Source: the human T2T-CHM13v2.0 reference genome, Homo sapiens
Direction: 5' to 3' (one strand)
Length of the DNA stretch: 64,000 bases
Assembly (NCBI RefSeq): GCF_009914755.1
Contig: NC_060929.1
Position numbers and translations under genes: made by a program. Under the pieces are notes generated by a model. The model did no database searches. It saw nothing but the letters and a program-made list of their open reading frames with translations, and was not told the DNA's origin. Shown piece by piece: positions 52,909 through 64,000 of the stretch (the first letter of the stretch is position 1; each line of letters opens with the position of its first letter).

Positions 52909-55215
52909 CACATGCATAACTTCCCAATATTTGTCTTTACAAAGCCAATCGAGGTCTTGTTTCTTGACTTCTACTATCTTGTTAGCTTGAGGCCACTCAT
53001 CAAAGGAATGTACACTATCCTAAGTGGTTATAGCAACCCCTAATTTCATCATGATGTGGAAGAGTTACCTGGTACCTGGTTACATAGAATCTTTACTGTA
53101 TCCCTAATAAAATTATATGGAATATAATTTTTAAAATTCTACTTATTCATCGACTCTAATTCTCTTAATAAGTAATATATATCTGAGAATATACTAGAAA
53201 CTTAAATGATCAAGCACATTCTAAGACACCTAGTAGTTGAGTAGAATCCATTGTCTATAGAAGTTTCTTGGTATCTTCAAACTCCAGGTCAACTGTAAAG
53301 AAACACTTATGAAACTGCCATCATCACAGTGAATAAGACCAAAAATGAAGGTAAACTTGTAACACAGAAGTTTATTAATTAGAATGCTCAAAAATATTAA
53401 TGAGTTCAGACTAGCCTTTCTTTCCTTTTTTTCTCTTTGAAAATGATAATCAGATAATTTGTGTAGCATTTTACATAGATAAACTAAAAACCAATTCTAA
53501 AAGCTATACCTGTGGTCATTGGCTGATGAAACCAAACTGCTGGTTTTCATCACTGCAGGCTAAGGTGAAGGTGCAATGTGCCCTTATCCACATTGGGCCA
53601 CCATCAGTTACAATCGGTGTGCCCTTATCCGCACTGGGCCACCATCTTCCTACTTGTTACAGAAAAACCTGCTCTGTAAAGACAGTTAAGGGTAAGGAAA
53701 TGAGAAATATGGCAACCACATGCTGAGGACATCTCAGTCTCTTCCTGTCCATTAATCCAGTCAGAGTACAGTCGCACTAAAATGTATCCCAGGCATCCTG
53801 GATTATTTATGCCTATGATACCAAATTATCAGAAGTTCTATAAGACCATGTCACACTAAACCAAATAAAAGAAATAGCCAAGGGTAAAAGTAACTGAGAA
53901 TATTTGGAAAATGAAATGAAGTGGATAATAAAACTGTAAAGATTGTATTTATGAATTTAATTCTATAGACATATAATATGTTAAAGAAAAAGTACTAGAT
54001 CTCTGATTACTATGTGTTTCTGACATTTTATAGACCTTGAGATCAGATATGAGTACTCAATCGATTCAGCACTGCGTATCGCCACTGCAATTAAGACTAA
54101 ATGAAGTGAAAACGCTTTTTAACAAGTATGTCATACAAAGTGCTATGATTCATCTACTTACAATGGAATTAGAATTCTGGAAATGTGTCGCCAGATTTTT
54201 TTTTGCCATTAGAGAGGATTAAATTGTACAAAATAAGTGCATTGTCTGTTATTTATGACTCAGATCTAAAATTTTTCTTGGTAAATGAATAAAACCTTTA
54301 TATAACCATTAATCTGATCTCTGGTATTTCAATAGTAAAAAGGAAAGTGTTGACATTTTACAATTCATTGCTGAAAGAAACCTATAAAATGGAGTGCCAT
54401 CATCTCATTGTTTCTTGATACAGACCGGTCACAATTTCTATACTAAGTTTTAAGTATGCTGCAGTTTTAACTTTCAAGCACCATCGTATAATTGAATTTA
54501 TTTACATACTTTTCAGATCATATTGGAACCTGGACACATCCCATATATTTTATTTAAAGATTATGTTGAATAATATAATCTATGTTGATGGGAGGTTGGC
54601 TCTGGGTTAGAATCACACTGTCACTTACTAGCTGAGTGACCTTAGGCAGGTTACTTAACCTCTCATCAAGCCTCAATTTCCTCATGGGCAAAATAATATT
54701 GGTGTCAAAGCGTTTTCTTTTAACTTTTTATTTTGAAATAATTGTAGATTCATAAGAAGTTGCAAGAACAGTATAGTGAGGTACCAGGTATCCACCACCT
54801 AGCTTACCCCAATGGTGACATCTTCCATAACTACAGTTCACTATCAAAACCAGGAAATTGATTGGCACAATGCAATTAACTAGACTCAGTTCATACTCAA
54901 ATTTCACCAGTTTTTGCACACACTCTTCTTTCGGGAGCAAGGGTAGGGTTTTACATAATTCTATGGCATTTCATCCCATGTATAGATTCATGTAACTACT
55001 ATTACAATCAAGATAAAAATATGTGTCTTAAATACAATTAAGCATTGAAGTACTTAGCACAAGAGGTTGCACATAGAAGAAACTAGTGAAATGTTACCTA
55101 CTAGTATTAATTAGATTAAATCAGATGATGTTGCTTATTCAATGCTTTCCAATTATATGAGTTACTTTGTTGGTTGACATAGACAGTATTTTAGAAGTTA
55201 GAAATAAGGCTTTTT

Positions 55216-56080
55216 GTATTAATCATGTTTAATTTTTTTTTAAATTTTTTTATTTTATGAAGCTTTGTCATCTTGGGCCCTTGCCGACCTGAGGAGAAAC
55301 TGTCCCTCACAGGGCGCAGCTGATTCCTATAGATGGCAAGCAACTTGCCTGTGAGAGCATACCTTTGATATGCAAACCAACCAATCTGGGCCCATACCCC
55401 ACCCACCTCTTTATATCAGGCTTCTGCAGCCTGGGACACTATCCCCTTCTCCTCAGCCACCCCAGGCCCAGGTACTGGCTAACCAGAGATCACCCTGTAG
55501 TTCAGAGCCCGCCGAGATTCTTCAATGTATCCAGTGCGTGCCCAGCCTGCTCAGCTGCTCACCCTTCCTCACCCATTCCTTCCATGGAAACACAATACAA
55601 GCTTTTCCCTCCTTCCTTCTCTCTCCTGATCAACTCTGGTGCTTCCCTGTGTGGCTCGCCCCCTATTCTTGGGAGCTGTGAATTTTATTTATTCTTTTTT
55701 TTTTTTTTAAGACAGGGTCTCCCTCTGTCATTCAGGATGGAGTGCAGTGGCACGATAATATCTCACTGTAGTCTTGAATTCTTGGGCTCATGTGATCCTC
55801 CTGCCTCAGCCTTTCCAGTACCTGGAACTGCAGGCACCACTATGTCCAGCTAAATTTTAATTATTATTATTATTATTTATGTAGAGATGGTGTCTCACTA
55901 GTTGCCCAGGCTGGTCTCAAAGTCTTAGGCTCAAGTAATCATCCCATCTCAGCCTCCCAAGAGCTGGATTTACAAGTGTGAGCCACTGCACCCCACCACA
56001 AGCTGTATTTTCAATGGCAATAGTCTTCTGATCTATTTGTCTCATCCTAACTAAACCAAAACAAAATCCCTGGTACATTA
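55216..56080 (+). mobile_element. ERVL LTR (MER74/MER54-like) with an inserted AluJ (55694-55996, - strand)
   Basis: ATATGCAAACCAACCAATC motif. Family and limits uncertain. Confidence 0.55.
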
Positions 56081-57799
56081 AAAAATATCCTTCGAGCCCC
56101 AATTAACTCTATTTTGGAAGGATATAAACTAGAACATTCAAAGTGAGCCAAATCTGTCTAACATGGATGTGTGCCTTCCCTCAGACTGAGAGGTCCCAGT
56201 TTAGAGCAAAAAATTCACCAAAGAAATAGGTGAAAGAATTTGGCACATGGTAAGTACCCAGGAAATGTTCAGTTCCTGACTTACCATCTCCCTCTTTGAC
56301 CTTAACTCACAAAGCAGATTTCCACAGCATCAGTGTCTACATGAGTAGGAGAGAACCTAATTCTTCTTAGCAAGTGTTCCTCATGAAACAAAAGAGCTTC
56401 ATGCATGGCCCACTGATGCCTTTGCTTCTGCAAAGAAGACTTCACAGTCAACCTGTTTTCCAGGAAACTCATGCTGGACCTCTTCCTGTGGCAGTCCTCT
56501 GACTCAAGAGACTCAAGGTTCCTGGCCTCTGCTATGGGGCAACCCGCAGTCTGACTCACCTTGCAGCCTGCACCTTCCTGAGCCTCATCCTTATCATCCT
56601 ATTAGACTTCCACTGCCTGCCAACCAGTTTGAGACTTCACTACATGGTGTTGCCAGATCTCACTCCTGCTCTTGAGTGATTCCATCTTGGAGCTTGGATC
56701 GGTCCTATCTTATTTCCCTTCTGAATGACCTCTCCATTTCAGCTTTGCTTTTTATGCTGATAACCATTCCTATTCTGGGTTCATAGATGGGCTTCAGGGG
56801 GTCAGTGAAGCAATGGGAAAGGTTGTTGAGTTTTTGAAAATTCAACTTACTACGCAAATATGTAGAATGATCATTTTATCCTGCCTTTTTGTGCGTCTCC
56901 AAATATATTCTTTACCCTGGTTGCCCATTGGAATTGCCTGGGCAGCTTTTGAAATGTACTAGGCCATATCTCCAAAGTCCTGCTTCAATAGGTCAAGGTG
57001 AAACCACACATTGGTCATTTTAAAAGATTCTCAAGTGAATCCTGTAAGCATTTAAGGTGGAGCTTCATTTTCTTGGCTGGGTAGTGGGGGCGGGTGGGTA
57101 ACCTCTTAGTCATGTCAAAAATCTCTGAGAGGGATCAAGCTGGAAGAATGGGAACATGTGCTTTTCCACAACCCTTTGGCCACCTCCAGGTCCTCAAATT
57201 ATATGATCAAACCTGAGATATGCCCATTCAAGTGAGAATATTTGACTTCCTATAAATTGGTAGAGGCTTGCGTGCAGATTCAGTTTAGAATTCTGGGGGA
57301 GGACAAATTTGTAGGTATTGTTATGGGCCTCTGTCAAGAGACACATAATATCTGGTTTGCAGATATTGATGATTGATATTTAGGTCCATTAATTTATTAG
57401 GGGCTATGAAATGCTGATATTCTAATTCCACCATTCCTTCTTTACTTATCACTTGAAATCTTTCTATAAAGAGAAATTTCCCTTCATCTATCATTTGGTG
57501 AGCCAATGGCATGGTTCATATAGGAAGGGAGGATAAATTATACAAGTTACATGTTTTCAAATGAATTGGTTCACCGGTATCATCTGCTGTGATTAATTAA
57601 AGCTCCTTTGTCTGCTGTTTTGTAATTATTGTCTTTTGTCTGTGATATAATGCTGTAGCTAACATTATTCAATTTGACAAGTGAGCACAAGATGCAGACA
57701 CAGCTTCACATACCACTTTTCTCTACATCAGTATGCGTTAATTCCTGAATTATCCAATATTACATTCACATTAGCCATCACTGAAAATGACACCTACAA

Positions 57800-58110
<311 letters not shown>

Positions 58111-58689
58111 AGAATGGCACCTACAAAGTTAATGACACAGAAAGAGTTTAATAAGCATGTGCATACTTAAACCCCATAAAAACTTGAAGATACTTAGCAC
58201 GTCTTTGTTCTGTGGTTTTTTTTTTTTTTAAATAAGGGTCTTCAGAAGGCTATGGATTACTATTTAATTATATTTTAATCTTCCAGCTATTGTATCATCC
58301 TAGTTAGAACTGCTAAAGAGCTAAGGATTAACCTGGTTTTTGAAAGTCAGGGTGTAAGCCAGCCTACACGTCTCCCATAAACACGCTTGGTTCTTCAAGT
58401 TCCCAGCAAAAGCAACACAGCCATAACACAGGTGAGGTACATTGCTTATCAATATATACAGATTAATTGAAGTAAGAACTGTGCTGTTAAAGAGAAGTAC
58501 CCAAACACATGTTCTTATAAGTTTATGCAAATAAATTCTCTAACAATTTTATATTGGAATAAAATATATATGGCAAAATATACAAACATTCATATTCCCA
58601 CTGAATCTCTGTGGCTGTCTAGCCACTTGGCAGAAGATCAAAACTCTGCCAGTTTATGAAGCAGATTCTGCATTAAATTAAGGTACTGT

Positions 58690-58905
58690 CCTGGGCAATA
58701 GGGCAAGTGCCCATCTGTAGTAAAAACACAAAAATTAGCCAGGCACAGTGGTGCTTCCCTATGATCCCAGCTACTCAGGAGGCTGAGGTGGTAGGATTGC
58801 TTGAGCCTGGGAGGTCAAGGCTGCAGTGAACCGAATTCACACCACTGCACCCCAGCGTGGGTGACACAGCAAGACCCTGTCTCAAAAAATAATAATAATA
58901 AAATA
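58690..58905 (+). mobile_element. AluJ, 5'-truncated
   Basis: Right arm with (AAT)n tail. Confidence 0.82.
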
Positions 58906-58935
58906 AGGTATTGATGCTCTCTGTACATTTGGACC

Positions 58936-59396
58936 TAACAAAGACTCTCTCCTTGACCAAACTTTAGTCAATCTCTCCTGAGCCCTCTTCTCAACTAGGC
59001 CTCAACGTGCATAGCCCAGTTTTCACAAGAATCCCACAAAGTCAATTTAGAGAGAATCCCCCACCCTCAATATTTGATCGCTGTTGATGTCAATCAAATT
59101 CCTCATACCCTACCCTTGATATCTCATCAGCCTTTCCTGCCCTCAGCAAGAGCCTTGTTTGGCCACTCTAGCAAGAATGCCCCGTCTTTGATTTCTCTTC
59201 TTAGTAAATTTCCATCCACCATTACTCCCAACCTGCTCCTTGGCTGTAAATCTCCACTTGTTCTTGTCGTATTCAGTGTTGAACCCAGTCTCTCTCCCCT
59301 ATTGCAATGGTCTTGACACTTTTACCTATTGCAATAGTTCTGATTAGGATCCTCCTTACCATGTTAATAAGGGTCAGAATGACTTTTTCTCTAACA
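58936..59396 (+). mobile_element. MER31-like ERV1 solo LTR
   Basis: ACAAAGACTCTCTCCTTGACCAAACTTTAGTCA start, near-TSD GACC/AACC. Confidence 0.8.
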
Positions 59397-60734
59397 AACC
59401 TGGGCCCAGCCTACTCTATCCAGCACTAATGTGCACCTCCCAGAAGTAAGGGAGTCTTCTTAGGATCCTCTTCTTTGATTACCTGAGATAGAAGGTGTGG
59501 GGGACCAAATTAAAGAGTACACCCGTTTCTCCCGACATTCTTTCCCATTCCTTAGATGAAGAACAAGAAGACATCACATTGCTAGATGCAGTAAAATGGG
59601 TACATAGGAAAACTTCACCAAAGGATTAAAAATAACATAATTACACTATCACAATAATCATTCCACTTACACAATAAAGTTAACTCAAGTGGGGATTCTT
59701 AGTTTCATGTTAATTTCCTCCCATAATGCCCCAAGATGGGGACATACTCCTCAGATAAATAGTCCTGCTCCTGGAGCACCCTGAGCATTCCTGGAGCTCC
59801 CTGCGCATTCCTGGCACTGGCATTTATCTCACTACATTCAAGTCACCTCTTGTCTGGGCTCCTCCAGGGTAGGGACACCTGGGATGATGGTGGGAAGGTG
59901 GGGAGTTGCTCCTCATAGTTGAACACAGGCCTCTAATTCCATAATCATCTGAAGAACATCAGGCCCAGAATGTGGACCATTAGAAGCTCCAGGCAACATT
60001 TTGGCTCTTTAGATAGACAATACCGTGTTAGTCCTTAAACTTGTGCCTGAAACCTTTTGAAAATGTCAATGCTTTATTGCCACCTTCTGGTCAATTGTGT
60101 TTTGTGTTACTTCTTCAAGACGTCATTTGGTCTCAGTAAAAAGGATCTGAGAGAAATGAAGTCCCTGTCAGAGCAGAAATCCCACTTCTCCAGTGGTAGC
60201 CAACATGGACAGAATGTTATATATCCCTTGAGAAATTTCCCAAGGATGTGAATGCATGTATATGTCACACAAATGAATACTGTTCTGAATCTTGTAGGGT
60301 ATAAAAGACAGGTCATTATAGCTTACATTTCTACAGAGCTTTGTTTTTAAAAAACAGTTTACAAAGCGCTTTCACATTTGGTCATTATAATAACTTGAGA
60401 GGCAAGTAGGATGTATTAATAGAATGATCTGTTGGCCATCCTATAAAAAGACAGGGAACTGTCAATGAACTCTAACTTTCCTTGCAGATTTGTGCTCCTA
60501 TTAATCTTTTTAAGCTTTCTAGAATGGTTCTATATCTACTTTTTCATTAGCAAGCCCACTTTTGCACTTAAAATGTAATTTAGTTTACAAGAATAATGTA
60601 CGCATCATATTAAACCATCTATTGTGTAGATAAAACTTTAATAATCAATTAATAACATGTATACATTAATGCCTCATGCTGATGCATAAACCTGAATTTA
60701 TGGTTCATGATGATGACGATGATGAGACAGTAAC

Positions 60735-60868
60735 ATGTGAATTAAGAGCACTGCCTCTGGAAGCAGACTGTCTGAATTTGAATCCCAGCTCTGACTCTTT
60801 CTGGCTGTATTATCTTAAGCAAGTTACTTAATCTCTGGACTTCATTTTTGTTCTCTGTGAAATGGAGG

Positions 60869-60899
<31 letters not shown>

Positions 60900-61020
60900 G
60901 ATACCTATCCCACAAGACTGTTATGATAATTAAATGAGTTAATATCAATACAGTGCTTAAAACAGTGCCTAGCACATAAATAATTATTTTTGAAAAGTAA
61001 TTAAACCAGCTCCTGGCATG
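60735..61020 (+). mobile_element. MIR containing a (GAT)n repeat (60869-60902)
   Basis: TTGAATCCCAGCTCTG...CAAGTTACTTAATCTCT core. Confidence 0.8.
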
Positions 61021-61879
61021 TAGCAAACACTATTTATAAAACAGAACAACAATAATTAATATTCATTGCAAACTTGCTATGTGCTAGGTTCTAAATTTAG
61101 AGCTTTCCACTCTATTATTTAATCTCCATCTGACATATGAGGAAACCTGAAACACAGAGCGCTTAAGTAACTTGCCTAAAGTCACACAGCTAATGTGGGT
61201 AACAGAACTGAGATTTAGTTAACGTGTCTCTGTCTAGAAGTTGTTACTTTACTACATAACACATGTCTGTGTTACAACTAAAGCATTTCACCCATTTATC
61301 AAGTTAATTCTATACTATTTGGAATCCTCTGTAACCCTAATGAGCTACATAAGCATCCAACTTTGTCTTTCTCTTCTAGGGTTTTGGTACACATTCAGAT
61401 GAATCTTAATTTGTTCATGGCTATTTTATATGCAGACATATTCAATGCCAAATGAAATGCCATGACTATATTTAATAAGTGTATGATGATAATAAAGAAG
61501 TTGTTAGGCTTACATTCTGTCCTTGCTCATCAGGAGACTGTTCCAAGAAACTAATCTATAACTTTGGTAATTAAATATTTACTCATCATGATCTCAGATT
61601 GAATCCTCATGAACTAACACACGGCGAGAAGTACATATCAATAAACGATGGGATCATGACCAGGATCTTCCTTGAAACAGCAAGAAGGTAAATATGTAGT
61701 TGTGGCATTCCAATGTTTCCTTCGAATCATTTTAATTTCCTTTCTTATATTTTTAAATATTTTATATTATAAGAGAATTGTCAATAACTTGCTCCACTTC
61801 AGGGAAAAAAGGGAAGGGAGGAAAGGAGAAGACTCCTACAGAGTTAAATGCTTTCACATTTCTTGATTAATTCAGCACC

Positions 61880-62245
61880 CTACTCCACCCCCAAGTACAG
61901 GTGGGAGATGCTTCCTCACACCCACTCCACTGAGGGTCCAATCTAGGACTCCATCAGTCCTCTCCCTCTCCTTCGGTTCATGAGTGTCTTGGGGTATTAT
62001 GTGCATTGGGTAGTGAAGCTGGCTCCCCAGCTTCACTGGGGATGAAGTGAGTGTTCCTATGAGTCAGTGGGGGAGGATGCTGGAGGAATGAAGTCCTCGT
62101 GGGCACCAAGGGAGGATGGTTACCAGAGTTCCCTGGTGCAGGCAGGGGTGACACTCCCATGAATGAAAGTAGAGCCAACTGCAGCTGATGGCCCAGCTCC
62201 CAAGCAGTTCCTGAGCACCAATAGCCCTCATGGTGGTCCCTTATC
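61880..62245 (-). mobile_element. Probable LTR16-family ERVL fragment
   Basis: CAGCTCCCAAGCAG...CCTGAGCACCAA motif. Highly diverged. Confidence 0.45.
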
Positions 62246-62562
62246 AGATCTGCCCACCCAGTTCTTCCTGGGCAATGCGCTCTCTCTCTTCTTGAACACC
62301 TTTTCCTAATGCCCAACCCAGCCCCAGACCCTGTTTCCTCTTTACTGTATCCTCTTGTTTCCTTTTGGTCTTGGAAAAAATTCTTACTTCCTTTAGCTCC
62401 TAACCTTCTCTAGGGTACTTCTTGCTTTTCCTCAAACTCTAGTCTTTTGTTCTTTTCTGATAGGCTGATGTTCATCAGACTCAGAACCCATTCCTTTCCT
62501 TTCAGACAGAATCTAAGGGAAAATGATACTATATTAATTATATGACTTATAATTGTTATATA

Positions 62563-62932
<370 letters not shown>

Positions 62933-64000
62933 TAATATTTGGACATTATATTGTTAAATTATTACAATTGTTATAATATTGTTATTATTATAACAGTATT
63001 GTATAACACTTGTTATAATATTGTAACATGTCATCACCTTATAAACTGTTTTAATATTTATTATATTATTATAATATTGTTATAATGTTATAAACATTAA
63101 AATATAAATTTACTTTAAAATCATATACCTAGTTATTATTATATTAAAATGGTTTGAACATTCCTATCTTTCTACTCTAACTTGTGTGAATGTAACTGCT
63201 CCAGGGAGATCGTCTGAGTGTGGGGGAATTGTGGAAAGGTTCTGAGCACATTTTGTTTACCTAGTAAGGAGAGGGTGTTTATTTTGTCCTGAAATAGATA
63301 TTTCAGGTATCTATTTTGATCCTCTGAAAGAAAATTTGCATTGCTTTTTTTTTAACGTCTAGTTAGTATAACCAAAGAAATTGTTGCAAGACTTCACTTA
63401 CTCTATTTTCTCTAATAATCTGTAGCATGTTTGTCCTTTAAACATAACTCCCATGACATTCTTAGACTTGTGCTTCTATAGAATAAATTGCATTCAATGG
63501 ATGATATAGTTCTAATGCTGGTAATCTTATTTTACAATTGCACTTTTTGTGATTTCTTAATTTGTCTGTCTCTCCCACTAGACTTTAAATGACAAGGACC
63601 TAAACCTATTTTCACTCAACCTTGTACCCCTCCCTCTTAGAGCCTTGCACCAGGCCTAGCACACAGTTGGTGTTCCACAAATATTTGTTGAACAAATAAA
63701 CATTTCTCTATTTTGCCTTCAAACCTTCTTGAAGATTTTATCTACACTTTAGAGATAAGCATGAACAAGAATATTGGTAGAACCATGTTAAAGATGTAAG
63801 TTTCCTGTGCCACAACTCTCTAGGTCTTACCCAGATGACTTAAGGCTTCATCCCACATGACAGTTTCAGTGATTGGTTATAGCCACCTGGGGCAATTGTG
63901 TTGAGAAGGATTATGGAGCCAAGCCTGGGCTCAGAGGGAAAGAGCCAAGTACAGAATGGCTATATCCTTGCTGTGTATGTGCTAATCACACCTCACGTTG

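Noticed and set aside
60742-61026. ORF with a poly-His run
   Set aside because: Reverse reading of a (GAT)n repeat inside a MIR.

Overview
Hominoid (great-ape) genomic DNA containing the 3' half of CRHBP (corticotropin-releasing hormone binding protein) on the + strand. Three coding exons (2573-2721, 7175-7292, 12559-12716) splice in frame to the recognisable C-terminal ~140 aa, followed by a 3' UTR ending near 13300. The remaining ~50 kb is repeat-rich and intergenic: over 35 Alus, a full-length SVA, a near-full-length Tigger1, MER2/MER30/MER91/MER5, MER51/MER31/THE1/MLT LTRs, and L1/L2/MIR fragments. I found no other protein-coding gene; the ORF-track entries are repeat-derived or chance ORFs and miss the real exons. 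Most interesting: (1) a decayed duplicate of the exon 6 3' end and donor inside intron 5; (2) two candidate alternative terminal exons that read in frame and carry their own AATAAA (2901 and 24785), the proximal one mimicking the known 27-kDa cleavage fragment; (3) a THE1 LTR with a 6x amplified TAATTG-containing unit downstream of CRHBP; (4) an SVA with a 20-bp SINE-R deletion that may mean the sequence is chimpanzee/bonobo; (5) a 113-bp near-identical duplication inside an Alu-tail microsatellite. Repeat names, exon numbers and residue numbers come from recalled consensus sequences, not searches, and repeat boundaries without a stated TSD are approximate.
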